Positions 1 to 8,556 of a stretch of 64,000 nt of DNA are shown here, one piece after another. The notes under the pieces are model-generated. The model searched no databases. It was given only the letters and a program-made list of their open reading frames with translations, and was not told the origin of the DNA. Source of the DNA: an uncultured Desulfobulbaceae bacterium (lineage in GTDB: Bacteria; Desulfobacterota; Desulfobulbia; Desulfobulbales; BM004); contig CALZHP010000003.1 of assembly GCA_945787325.1 (NCBI GenBank), forward strand, positions 6,070 through 70,069. The letters are read 5' to 3'. Position 1 is the first letter of the stretch; each line of letters opens with the position of its first letter. A program made the position numbers and the translations under genes.

Positions 1-527
1 TATCCATTTTCAGTTCCGTCGTTTATTATCGAAGCTGTAATCCCGCTCGTACTGGACTCTGCGTTAATCTTCTCTTTGATTCCTTCTAAAGAATCGTCGG
101 CATCAAGTGTGATTGTGGTCAGATTGTCCGAATCAAGATCGAGGGTAATGGTGCCGCCATGGAAGATATTGTCAGTTCTGCTGGAATATCCGCCTATGGC
201 AACATCTTTCTGTACTCGTGCCATGGTCATGGCCCTGATATCATAGACCCCGGCAGTAGCCGAACTGGAGGCAGTGGCACTGAAATAATCTTCCGAGCTG
301 AGAGAGGTTCGGTGCGGCTGCAGATCAGAGGCGGTGTCGAGACTTTTTATGCTGTCCAATACCGCATTCAGTTTGGTATTGAGTTCGGTATAGGCGCTGA
401 GACGGTTATTGAAATATACCTTGTCGGTTTCCAGTCGAACTATGGGCTGACGCTCAATCTCCATCAGTGATTGTATAAGCGCAGTTGTGTCTAAGCCTGT
501 AGCGAGGCCGCCGAAACTGATTGCCAT
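1..527 (-). CDS. fliD: Flagellar filament cap protein FliD, N-terminal part only (3' end runs off the window)
   Basis: Manual reverse translation from the ATG at 527-525 gives MAISFGGLATGLDTTALIQSLMEIERQPIVRLE..., a typical FliD N-terminus. A GGAGG-type SD (aggaggtaaaacaATG) precedes it. Position after fliC-flaG is canonical. Not in the ORF track because no stop codon lies inside the window. Confidence 0.8.
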   Translation of the reverse strand, partial: MAISFGGLATGLDTTALIQSLMEIERQPIVRLETDKVYFNNRLSAYTELNTKLNAVLDSIKSLDTASDLQPHRTSLSSEDYFSATASSSATAGVYDIRAMTMARVQKDVAIGGYSSRTDNIFHGGTITLDLDSDNLTTITLDADDSLEGIKEKINAESSTSGITASIINDGTENG

Positions 528-565
528 TGTTTTACCTCCTTTCTCTCGTATCGGATGCGTTTGGA

Positions 566-910
566 TCAGCTTTCGGTGTTAACGAAAAGGCCTCGCAGAT
601 CTTGGAGTTGCTTGCTGACTTCAAGCAGTTCTTCGGACGGGAATTGACGAATTACTTCACCGGAGTCTTTGCTGACAACCTGTATGATTAACTCATCAAC
701 GTCCTTGTTCATCTCGAAACGGACACTGTAGATTCCGTCTTCCGTTAAAGCCTTTATTTTGTTTAACACTTCTTCCGGTGCTACTTTTTTTACATCCTGG
801 CTTGTTTCTGTTGGGGAAAGTGAAGCCTTACGCTGTTTCTCGACTTTTTCGGAAGAAGAATCCTGGTTACTGAAATTTGCGCCGCTAAGCGCTGTTGATT
901 CAACTTTCAT
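566..910 (-). CDS. flaG: FlaG family flagellar protein
   Basis: C-terminal ...YSVRFEMNKDVDELIIQVVSKDSGEVIRQFPSEELLEVSKQL is FlaG-like and it sits between fliC and fliD. I prefer the start at the internal Met (MKVEST) at 910 because GGAGG lies 5 nt upstream. The track ORF extends to 931. Confidence 0.75.
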   Translation of the reverse strand: MKVESTALSGANFSNQDSSSEKVEKQRKASLSPTETSQDVKKVAPEEVLNKIKALTEDGIYSVRFEMNKDVDELIIQVVSKDSGEVIRQFPSEELLEVSKQLQDLRGLFVNTES

Positions 911-1017
911 TGTATCCTCCATGATAAGCATACTATCTTTAGCTGAACATTTATATTCAGCTTGGTAACGCTACCCTTTCGATTACCGGCATTCCTTTGC
1001 CGCAAGTTGCAAGGGTA

Positions 1018-1051
1018 CGGCAGGGAGACGGTGTTACACATCCCCCTGCCG
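1018..1051 (-). terminator. GC-rich hairpin downstream of fliC (CGGCAGGG ... CCCTGCCG), with no U-run
   Basis: An 8-bp perfect stem is read directly from the sequence about 40 nt after the fliC stop. There is no T/U tract, so at best it is a partial or stabilising terminator allowing readthrough into flaG-fliD. Confidence 0.3.
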
Positions 1052-1090
1052 GTTGAATTATTGGTTAATTATTACCTGTTAACGCCTGAT

Positions 1091-2587
1091 TTAGCTAAGC
1101 AGTGACAGGGCAAGCTGCGGAGTCTGATTTGCCTGGGCCAGAATGGCAACACCAGCTTGCTGCAGGATGTTGGCCTTGGTCATCTCAGCAGTTTCCTGAG
1201 CGATATCAGCATCCATAATCCTTGAACGAGCAGCAGACAGATTCTCCGATACGTTCTGCAGGTTAGAGATAGTTGATTCAAAACGGTTCTGGATCGCACC
1301 CAGTTTACCGCGGGTGGAGTTGATGGAACTAAGCGCTGCATCAACGATGGTGATAGCAGTATTTGCGCCAGCGGCTGAACTGATATCAATTTCGTCGAGG
1401 GTGTCCTGAGAAACGGTTACAGCTGTATCAGCAGCCGCAGTGAAGATAGATCCGTCTGCGGTAGCAACGCTTGAAGAAGCTGAAAAACTTTTATTTGAAT
1501 AGAGCTCTACCGTACCAGATGCAACAACACTGTCGGTGGTTGTTAATGCACCAATTGTTGTCGCGCCGGTTCCACTGGATCCAGTAACGTCAATAGTTGC
1601 TGTTGCAGCACCCAACCAGTCCTGGATCTGAATGTCTTTACCCTCGGCTTGAGTCAAGGTGACCGATAACGTATCGGTGGACAGAGTCGCGGTAACACCG
1701 GTCTGACCACTTGCGTCGTTAATCGCGTCAGAAAGGGCAGAGAGATTGGTGTCAACAAGACCGACCACGCTGATAGAGGACAGGGTACCACCGGTTCCCA
1801 AGCTGAAGGTGATATTGTCGGAGGCGCTTAAGTTATCCAGTGTAACAGATGTTGTTGCCGTTGCATTGACTCCGGTTGTAGAGGCTTGCGCATTAATAGC
1901 CGCAGCAACAGCTCCAGCAGTGTCACCAGCTGTAACAGTCACATCCGCAGCAGCTTCACCTGTAATTGTCAATGTCTGGGTGGCAATGGAGTTATTCCCG
2001 GCAGCCGTTGCTGCTGCAGCCGTTGTAGAACCAGTACCATCCTGTGCGGAGGTGTTTTCGCCGGTATGGGAATAACGTCCTAATGAGGTTGACTGCATAT
2101 TGTCAACGGTGACAGAGATAGTCTGGTTGGCTTCGGCGCCTACCTGGAAGGACTGCGCGGTAAATGTTCCATCGAGCAAATTCCGACCATTAAAGCTGGT
2201 AGTCGTGGCGATTCTCTGCAGCTCACTCTGCAGTTCGTTAACTTCGGCCTGCAAAGAAGAGCGGTCAGCTGCTGAGTTGGTGCTATTGGCAGACTGGATT
2301 CCCAGCTCACGGATACGTTGCAGAATGTTGGTGCTTTCGGATAGCGCGCCTTCAGCAGTCTGCGCAAGAGAGATACCATCGTTGGCATTACGGGCTGCCT
2401 GGTTAAGGCCGCGTATCTGGGATGTCATGCGGCTGGAAATAGCCAATCCTGCCGCATCGTCTTTGGCGCTGTTAATACGAAGGCCAGAAGACAGACGCTG
2501 CATTGCTTGATTGAGTGTGCTTTGTGATTTTGAAAGGTTGCGTTGTGCGTTAAGTGATCCGATATTACTATTGATTGTTAAAGCCAT
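1091..2587 (-). CDS. fliC: Flagellin
   Basis: N-terminus [51 protein letters not shown]... and C-terminus ...[25 protein letters not shown] are the conserved D0/D1 flagellin segments. The central region is Thr/Ser/Ala-rich and variable. Confidence 0.96.
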   Translation of the reverse strand: MALTINSNIGSLNAQRNLSKSQSTLNQAMQRLSSGLRINSAKDDAAGLAISSRMTSQIRGLNQAARNANDGISLAQTAEGALSESTNILQRIRELGIQSANSTNSAADRSSLQAEVNELQSELQRIATTTSFNGRNLLDGTFTAQSFQVGAEANQTISVTVDNMQSTSLGRYSHTGENTSAQDGTGSTTAAAATAAGNNSIATQTLTITGEAAADVTVTAGDTAGAVAAAINAQASTTGVNATATTSVTLDNLSASDNITFSLGTGGTLSSISVVGLVDTNLSALSDAINDASGQTGVTATLSTDTLSVTLTQAEGKDIQIQDWLGAATATIDVTGSSGTGATTIGALTTTDSVVASGTVELYSNKSFSASSSVATADGSIFTAAADTAVTVSQDTLDEIDISSAAGANTAITIVDAALSSINSTRGKLGAIQNRFESTISNLQNVSENLSAARSRIMDADIAQETAEMTKANILQQAGVAILAQANQTPQLALSLLS

Positions 2588-2594
2588 TATTTTT

Positions 2595-2628
2595 CCTCCG
2601 TGAAAAATATTTTCGGGCTTCCTTGCCC
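2595..2628 (-). promoter_or_regulatory. Candidate CsrA-binding elements in the fliC 5' leader (GGA in a hairpin loop plus GGA in the SD)
   Basis: The mRNA-sense leader reads ...taGGGCAAGGAAGCCCga...cacGGAGGaaaaataATG. A 4-bp stem (GGGC/GCCC, 2615-2628) presents AAGGAA in its loop, and a second GGA lies in the Shine-Dalgarno (2595-2599). Two further GGA motifs lie upstream (about 2688-2715). csrA and fliW are encoded immediately upstream. Confidence 0.4.
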
Positions 2629-2725
2629 TATTGTTAGAATAATACTTTTGGTGAAGCCTGGAGACAGTGTGTACTACTTATTTATGTCACCTCCTTTTCT
2701 ATGGATTTCTCCTGCTTCAAAAATC

Positions 2726-2753
2726 TTTTCGGCAATTTTAAAAAGAAGCTTTA
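2726..2753 (-). promoter_or_regulatory. Sigma-28 (FliA)-type promoter for fliC
   Basis: The minus-strand sequence reads TAAA-gcttctttttaaaatt-GCCGAAAA (consensus TAAA-N15/16-GCCGATAA), about 135 nt upstream of the fliC ATG. It has the same 16-nt spacing as the flgM and cheA sites. Confidence 0.6.
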
Positions 2754-2937
2754 GAAAAAAGTGCAGTATGTGAAAATTACCGAACTTTTAAATATTCCCA
2801 GCACTGTGTATTAATATTTGATAGGATAGCCAAAGCTATTGAGTAAAGAGGATCGGTCAATACGTATATATAAAAAAAGAATAAATTAAGGGAATATAGA
2901 TCGTGGGGTATATTTATTACGTTCAGAGAGTTCACTC

Positions 2938-2977
2938 AAAAAAAGGCCCTCTGTCTTGTTATTTTACAGAGGGCCTT
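2938..2977 (-). terminator. Rho-independent terminator after fliW
   Basis: The minus-strand RNA reads AAGGCCCUCUG-(13 nt loop)-CAGAGGGCCUU followed by UUUUUU. It is about 30 nt downstream of the fliW stop and insulates csrA-fliW from fliC. Confidence 0.8.
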
Positions 2978-3004
2978 ATGATGTTAAGCTGCTATAAATG
3001 GTTG

Positions 3005-3433
3005 TCAGGTTGGAAGAGGCTCTCTGGTTGAATAAGGCAGATTCTCAAGTATTACCTGTATTGCCTTGTTAGTCTCGGGAGAAAAGAGTATGGGGGCCTT
3101 CATATTGAGAGTTACCTGTTTCTCCGGAGAAACAGTTACTACTGAAAGAACGAAGCACAGACCGTCTTCCTTGATGCCCAGCTTTTGCCGATCTGTCTTT
3201 TCCGGTTTCACCATGAAATCCGGAAAGAAATTTGTTGGATCAGTTATAACGAAGGCAACTTCGGGATCTTCAACGCTCTGGATCCAGAATAGGGGTCCCT
3301 TCTTAACATTGGGCATTATTATAAAATTTCGAAGCGATTCGAACCCGAGAAGACCTTCCGGGAAGGAGACTGTATTGTCAGGATCATATTCCACTTCACC
3401 GAAACGGGTATTTATCTTTTTCATGGCAGGCAT
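3005..3433 (-). CDS. fliW: Flagellar assembly factor FliW (CsrA antagonist)
   Basis: ...INTRFGEVEYDPDNTVSFPEGLLGFESLRNFIIMP...PLFWIQSVEDPEVAFVITDP is the FliW signature region. Start chosen at MPAMKK (3433), which has a GGAG SD. The longer track ORF (to 3538) would overlap csrA. Confidence 0.85.
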   Translation of the reverse strand: MPAMKKINTRFGEVEYDPDNTVSFPEGLLGFESLRNFIIMPNVKKGPLFWIQSVEDPEVAFVITDPTNFFPDFMVKPEKTDRQKLGIKEDGLCFVLSVVTVSPEKQVTLNMKAPILFSPETNKAIQVILENLPYSTREPLPT

Positions 3434-3444
3434 TTTTACTCCAT

Positions 3445-3690
3445 TTATTTCTGGCTTGTATTTTTGCCGGAAATCATCTCGCTCACGACATCCAGGTCCG
3501 TAATGTTCCATTGACTGGCCTCTTTGTTTTCTTGACATATCCGGTCGTATATTTCCTGCCGGAAGATCTTTTTACCTTTTGGAGCCTCAATACCTATTCG
3601 AATGCTCCCACCTTTTACTTCAATAACTGTGATCTTAATGTCGTCACCTACAACGATTCCCTCGCCTGGCTTTCTGGTTAATACCAGCAT
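3445..3690 (-). CDS. csrA: Carbon storage regulator CsrA (long, FliW-interacting type)
   Basis: MLVLTRKPGEGIVVGDDIKITVIEVKGGSIRIGIEAPKGKKIFRQEIY is the near-invariant CsrA core. At 81 aa it has a C-terminal extension, as in flagellar CsrA proteins. Confidence 0.93.
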   Translation of the reverse strand: MLVLTRKPGEGIVVGDDIKITVIEVKGGSIRIGIEAPKGKKIFRQEIYDRICQENKEASQWNITDLDVVSEMISGKNTSQK

Positions 3691-3855
3691 GTCGCCCTCC
3701 CTGGCTTTCCCGTTTTATTTGGTAAAATTGATTCTTTATGAGAAATGCGGGCAATAATTCAGATAAAAAACTGATTGCAGATTATAATTTGCCCATACAA
3801 CTTACTTTCGCATAAAGAGTATTTGTACCGTTTTTTGGGATTAGGCGCGAGAAAT

Positions 3856-4815
3856 TTATCTCAAATAATTAAGAATCGATAGCCTTGAGACATTTGCTGT
3901 TACTTGCAGGGCTGCCTGAAAGGCGGTTTCCTGCTGTGTTATATTCGTGATTATTTCAATAGCGTCAACGTCTTCGTAGCGCGAGATGATCTGCTGCAGG
4001 TCGACCTGTGAGTTTTCCAGGCTCGCCATTGCACTTTCAATGTGCTGGGCTTTATTACCCATAATGCCTCGCATACGCCTACCCTGATCAGTTACACTTT
4101 CAATATCGTTCATCAAAGCTTCCACGCCTGACGGGTTATGGGCCCTCAGCTCCTCTTCTAATTTTGTAAGTGTAGCAAAAACATTCATTCCACCTGGGTC
4201 TACAGCTCCGTCATTATCAGCATCGCCAAGAAAAAGGGCATTCCCGGTAAGGCTGATTGTAACCGTTTCACCTGGGGATATTTCAAGAGTAGTAGAGTTG
4301 GCGTCACCATTGTACTGAACAGGCCAGGTAAGGCTGTCAGCAGGGTCATAAAGGGCAGGGTCATAAGCAGGATTAATCGTGAAAGGTTGTGTCGCTTCCT
4401 CGAATCCTGCAAAGATGTATTTCCCATTAACCTGGGTGTTGGCAGCTGCCAGGAGTTCGTTCTTTATTTCACTGATATTATCAGCAAGGCTTTCCATGTC
4501 AGAGTTGCTCATTACACCATTGATGGATTGAATAGCTATTTCTTTGCTTCGGACCAGCAGATTTTCAACCTGGTCAAGTTGGTTTTCAGTCTGGTTAAGA
4601 TTGTCCAGGCCAAAACCCATTATTTTAATGTAACGATCATTTGCCCTTATCTGCGCGCGCGCGTTAAGAACCGGCTTAATTGCAGTGGGTTCGTCCGAGG
4701 GTTTGTTCAGTTTTTTTCCTGACGCGGCAACAGTACGTAAATCCTGAAGTCGAGTGGTAATATCGTTAATATGAGACTGAAGTGTCCTGAAAGTTGTTCC
4801 CTGGGTGGCCTTCAT
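3856..4815 (-). CDS. flgL: Flagellar hook-filament junction protein FlgL (HAP3)
   Basis: It has flagellin-like N- and C-terminal heptads (…ITTRLQDLRTVAASGKKLNKPSDEP…; …AALQVTANVSRLSILNYLR). It sits directly after flgK. Confidence 0.85.
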   Translation of the reverse strand: MKATQGTTFRTLQSHINDITTRLQDLRTVAASGKKLNKPSDEPTAIKPVLNARAQIRANDRYIKIMGFGLDNLNQTENQLDQVENLLVRSKEIAIQSINGVMSNSDMESLADNISEIKNELLAAANTQVNGKYIFAGFEEATQPFTINPAYDPALYDPADSLTWPVQYNGDANSTTLEISPGETVTISLTGNALFLGDADNDGAVDPGGMNVFATLTKLEEELRAHNPSGVEALMNDIESVTDQGRRMRGIMGNKAQHIESAMASLENSQVDLQQIISRYEDVDAIEIITNITQQETAFQAALQVTANVSRLSILNYLR

Positions 4816-4818
4816 GAA

Positions 4819-6198
4819 TTACCTCTTTATAGTAAGGAGAGTGGCCATCATTTCATCAACTGTTGAGAGGACTTTTGCCGATGCTTCGAAACCACGTTGA
4901 AATTGAATAAGGTTGATCATTTCTTCTTCAAGGGAGACGCCGACCTTGCCATCGCGCAGGTTCTGAAGTTGTACCAGAGCGTCTTCAGATCCACCCAAGG
5001 AAAGCCGGTTTTGGCTGGATTCGATTCCGACTCTTGCGGTAATATCTCCGTAGAAACTGACAAAAGTATCGGTGCCATTAACGGTATTTGCAGTACTTAA
5101 ACCTGAAATTGCGATGGCGTTAGTATTATCACCTGGTGCAGAGCTTGTGCCGGCGGCGATGTGACTGCTGTTATTAACCATGACTGCAATGTTATCACTT
5201 GCATTAGTCTGTACCGCGAGCGTCGTGAAGAAATCACGCCCACCTATTCCATCCAACCCGACACCTGCCTGATGCTGGGTATTTATTTCATTGGTCAAGT
5301 TGTATGCAAGTTTGTCCAGATCGTCTTTTATAGAAGGGAGGAGGCTGTCTCGAACTGTGAGTAATCCCTTGAATTCGCCGCCAAGCATTCCCATTCCAAC
5401 GTCCAGAGTAGTATTGTCGTATTGAATTTGTAGTTGAACATTATTTCCGGATATAACTCCATTAATTGGTAATGCCTTGGCGCTTTCGACCAACGGCAGA
5501 CCGCTGGGGAGTTGTACTGAAACCATATGGTTGTTTTCTTCGTATGACTGTATGCCGAGGCTGTAGGACAATTCTTCAAGAAGAAGGTCCCGACGGTCAC
5601 GGAATGTGTTTGCCGGTTGGCCGGCCATTTCTATGGAACCGATTTGAACATTGAGCTCTGCTACTTCCTGAAGTTTTAGATTGATCTCATCAATTTTTGA
5701 GGAAATTGTAAAGTTAATATTCTGGCGAACATTTTCCAGTTCCTGCGACGTACTATGAAATTTGTTGGCGAGAATGTTCCCCCGCTGGACCACTACATCT
5801 CGCTCGATAGAGCCGCTTGGGTTGGCAGATAGCTCTTGCCATGCATCGAAAAAACGGTCTATTTCAGTTGAAAGATTTTCTTCGGAAATATTGAAAACCC
5901 TCTCAATTTCTGCGAGTGGAGAAGCCTGCGCGCTTTCTTCGCCAAAGCTTGCATTTTGTTCACGTAATTGGCGGGTAAGAAAAACATCATGCTCACGGGT
6001 AACAGTGCTTAATTTAACTCCCTGTCCAATAAAATATCCATTGAAATTAAGTGCCGGATAAGGTGTGAGCTCCGGCCTTTGACGGGAATATCCGGGAGTA
6101 TTGATATTGGCAATATTATTGCCGGTAATCTCAATTGATTTCTGATTGGTGAAGATACTGGTTTTTGCAGCATCCATTGCGGAAGTAAGTCCACTCAT
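4819..6198 (-). CDS. flgK: Flagellar hook-filament junction protein FlgK (HAP1)
   Basis: MSGLTSAMDAAKTSIFTNQKSIEITGNNIANINTPGYSRQ is the rod/hook family N-terminus. The C-terminus ...EEMINLIQFQRGFEASAKVLSTVDEMMATLLTI is also conserved. Confidence 0.9.
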   Translation of the reverse strand: MSGLTSAMDAAKTSIFTNQKSIEITGNNIANINTPGYSRQRPELTPYPALNFNGYFIGQGVKLSTVTREHDVFLTRQLREQNASFGEESAQASPLAEIERVFNISEENLSTEIDRFFDAWQELSANPSGSIERDVVVQRGNILANKFHSTSQELENVRQNINFTISSKIDEINLKLQEVAELNVQIGSIEMAGQPANTFRDRRDLLLEELSYSLGIQSYEENNHMVSVQLPSGLPLVESAKALPINGVISGNNVQLQIQYDNTTLDVGMGMLGGEFKGLLTVRDSLLPSIKDDLDKLAYNLTNEINTQHQAGVGLDGIGGRDFFTTLAVQTNASDNIAVMVNNSSHIAAGTSSAPGDNTNAIAISGLSTANTVNGTDTFVSFYGDITARVGIESSQNRLSLGGSEDALVQLQNLRDGKVGVSLEEEMINLIQFQRGFEASAKVLSTVDEMMATLLTIKR

Positions 6199-6201
6199 AA
6201 C

Positions 6202-6555
6202 CTATACCTTTCCAGAGAGAAGTCCACCACCGCTATTATTGTGGACTATATTGCCGTTAGGATTGTATGAGGCTGATGAAACTTGTTTACCGAAAAATTC
6301 CATAGACTCACGGATCCATTTCAGTGCAGACCAAAAAAGATAAGCGTTTCGCCTGTTTTCTGTTCTAATAATTTCGGCAAATTCCTGATCCGACTTGTTC
6401 AGGTCCGACAGAGAACTCATTACGTGAATCAGTTCTTGTTTTTCCTGTGATGCGGCGAGCATATCTTCGATAGCAAGGGCTTTAGCACACTCTCGCTCCT
6501 TCAGAATTACAGAGTGCAGTTTATTTAGCTGATCGCGAGGAGTCTGACCAATCAT
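6202..6555 (-). CDS. flgN: FlgN-like export chaperone for FlgK/FlgL
   Basis: A small helical protein in the conserved flgM-flgN-flgK slot. It is abutted tightly to both neighbours. The call rests mainly on position. Confidence 0.55.
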   Translation of the reverse strand: MIGQTPRDQLNKLHSVILKERECAKALAIEDMLAASQEKQELIHVMSSLSDLNKSDQEFAEIIRTENRRNAYLFWSALKWIRESMEFFGKQVSSASYNPNGNIVHNNSGGGLLSGKV

Positions 6556-6849
6556 TTATATTTTCTCCTCGATTAGGAATCTCAGGAGGCTGGCGGCGAC
6601 CTTTTGTAAATCTGGCTGGTAGGAACCTTCCGCGATCTGCTCTTTGAGCGCCTGAATTTTTTCAGTCCGCTCAGCGCCTGCTGCTGAATTAGCCTGTTTT
6701 GCATGGCTAACTTCCTGCAGGACAGAGGAAAAGGCTACTTTGTCTACCGATCCCGCTTTTCCTGTCCCTTTGGCCGACTGGGACTTATTTGATTTCTTGG
6801 CCTCGTTGACCGGCGCGAAACCTTTATTGCCGTTTATTTTAATTGACAT
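6556..6849 (-). CDS. flgM: Anti-sigma-28 factor FlgM
   Basis: C-terminal ...DKVAFSSVLQEV...RTEKIQALKEQIAEGSYQPDLQKVAASLL matches the FlgM sigma-28-binding region. Start preferred at MSIKINGNKG (6849); the track ORF extends to 6879. Confidence 0.75.
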   Translation of the reverse strand: MSIKINGNKGFAPVNEAKKSNKSQSAKGTGKAGSVDKVAFSSVLQEVSHAKQANSAAGAERTEKIQALKEQIAEGSYQPDLQKVAASLLRFLIEEKI

Positions 6850-6914
6850 AATCTTTACCTGAAAAATTGAAACACTCAATATTTCCCAAAATGGAAATCA
6901 CTTCCTTATTGATA

Positions 6915-6942
6915 TTATCGGTGCAGGTAATGGAGAACTTTA
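6915..6942 (-). promoter_or_regulatory. Sigma-28-type promoter for flgM-flgN-flgK-flgL(-csrA-fliW)
   Basis: The minus-strand sequence reads TAAA-gttctccattacctgc-ACCGATAA, with 16-nt spacing. It is flanked by the same ctttagaaaaaa context as the fliC promoter. Confidence 0.6.
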
Positions 6943-7100
6943 GAAAAAAACGTAATGGCAAAAACAGGGTTTATTATAAAGGATATTTATTGTTGCCAAT
7001 GTATTGAGATCAGATGAAAAACATGGGGGTGTATTCGTGATTTGCAAGTTGATCAGGAGGGTTACTTTTTTAGCAACCAAGAACATGATGAACAGATGAG

Positions 7101-7415
7101 TTATTCCTCTTCTGATTTTAACTGCCTAAACAGAGTCTCTGCGAGGCCAATACTTTGATGACGTGCCATTTGTTCCGCAACAGACTGGTCTCTTAATTCC
7201 TGGTAAATCTCTGCATCGGTTCCTTTTTCAATAAGCCCACCATCAGGTATGGTAGAACGCATTCCCTTGAACATTGTATTAAGTAGAATTGCCTCAAATT
7301 GTTGGCAGAGTTTTTTAAGGTGCTCAGGGTTTTTACTCCTGTTTGCTTGTTTATTATTTAAATCAGCTTGGGAGGCTTGGCTGAGGAGTAATTTGGGATC
7401 TATATATGTGTTCAT
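7101..7415 (-). CDS. flgJ: Rod-binding protein (FlgJ N-terminal domain only, no muramidase domain)
   Basis: ...LKKLCQQFEAILLNTMFKGMRSTIPDGGLIEKGTDAEIYQELRDQSVAEQMA... is the FlgJ rod-binding domain pattern. It is only 104 aa and follows flgI. Confidence 0.75.
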   Translation of the reverse strand: MNTYIDPKLLLSQASQADLNNKQANRSKNPEHLKKLCQQFEAILLNTMFKGMRSTIPDGGLIEKGTDAEIYQELRDQSVAEQMARHQSIGLAETLFRQLKSEEE

Positions 7416-7436
7416 GTAAATACCTGTGGGTTACTT

Positions 7437-8543
7437 TTATAGAACGACGAGATCGGCGTGCAAGCCACCGGCAGCCTTGATTGCCTGGAAAATGGCTATA
7501 AGGTCACGGGGAGTTGCTCCGATCGCATTCAATGCATTTGCTACATCGCCGATACTGACACCCATTTGCAGGACCACCAGGTTACCCTGATCCTCTATCG
7601 CAGTGATTTCTGTCTGCGGTACGACCACTGTTTCGCCTTCTCCAAGAGGATTGGGCTGTGAAACTTCAGCAGATTCACTGATGACCAGATTCAGGTTGCC
7701 GTGTGAAATAGCGACGGTTGCCAACCTGACATCATTACCCATAACAATGGTCCCTGTTTTTTCATTCACCACAATTTTTGCGGTGGTATCTGGTTTCACA
7801 GGCAAACCTTCCAGAGAAGCAATAAATCCAATGGTGTTGCCACGGTGTTCATCAGGTATTCTCACTTTAAAGCTGCCGCTGTCTGCGGCTTTGGCAATAT
7901 TGCTGGAATAAAAATTATTAATTACGCTTACAATCCTTGATACGGTAGTGAAATCTGCCCGGGCAAGACGATAAGATAGTTCCGAACCCGGATTCAGTTT
8001 GAAAGGAACTTCTCTTTCCACCAAGGCACCACCTGGAAGCCTCCCCACTGTTGGATGATTTTTCTGTACCGATGCAGCTTTGCCGCCGAAAGCCAGAGCC
8101 CCGACTGCTAGGGGGCCTTGTGCTACAGCGTATATGTGCCCATCAGGTCCTTTGAGGGGGGTCATAAGCAAGCTGCCACCCGCAAGACTTTTAGCGTCAC
8201 CTATTGATGAAACCAGCACATCAATGGTACTGCCAGCCTTTGCAAAGGGGGGCAGGTCGGCCGTGACAATAACAGCTGCTATATTATTTACTTTCACTTT
8301 GTCCTGATCAACAGTTATACCAAGCTTCTGCATCATGTTGACCAGTGACTGAATAGTAAATTCTGTGCTGGCACTGTCTCCACTTCCGTTTAAGCCAACA
8401 ACCAGACCGTAACCGACCAGCTGATTATTACGGACTCCTTCAATCTGAGCAATGTCCTTGATTCGTGCAGACATTGACGTGGCAGGAAGTACAAGTTGGA
8501 GCAGCAGCAGAATAAGTATTGGTTTTGAAAGTAGGTTGTGCAT
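7437..8543 (-). CDS. flgI: Flagellar P-ring protein FlgI
   Basis: Signal peptide MHNLLSKPILILLLLQLVLPATSMSA, then RIKDIAQIEGVRNNQLVGYGLVVGLNGSGD, the FlgI hallmark. Start set at 8543 (the track ORF extends into flgH). Confidence 0.93.
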   Translation of the reverse strand: MHNLLSKPILILLLLQLVLPATSMSARIKDIAQIEGVRNNQLVGYGLVVGLNGSGDSASTEFTIQSLVNMMQKLGITVDQDKVKVNNIAAVIVTADLPPFAKAGSTIDVLVSSIGDAKSLAGGSLLMTPLKGPDGHIYAVAQGPLAVGALAFGGKAASVQKNHPTVGRLPGGALVEREVPFKLNPGSELSYRLARADFTTVSRIVSVINNFYSSNIAKAADSGSFKVRIPDEHRGNTIGFIASLEGLPVKPDTTAKIVVNEKTGTIVMGNDVRLATVAISHGNLNLVISESAEVSQPNPLGEGETVVVPQTEITAIEDQGNLVVLQMGVSIGDVANALNAIGATPRDLIAIFQAIKAAGGLHADLVVL

Positions 8544-8556
8544 CCCTATATTCCTG

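Noticed and set aside
1746-2510. Several 65-136 aa ORFs on the plus strand inside fliC (1746-2075, 1886-2083, 2100-2510), plus small same-strand out-of-frame ORFs
   Set aside because: They are antisense or out of frame to a highly conserved flagellin gene. Their translations are low complexity (A/V/S/C-rich) with no start context. They are typical shadow ORFs.
3434-3538. N-terminal extensions in the ORF track: fliW to 3538, and similarly flgI to 8615, fliQ to 19342, fliH to 31318, flaG to 931, flgM to 6879, cheW from 44471 and rpmF from 57305
   Set aside because: The extensions overlap the upstream gene or lack an SD. Internal Met codons have good SDs and give N-termini that match the respective families. 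These are treated as start-site corrections, not as novel extended isoforms or frameshifts.
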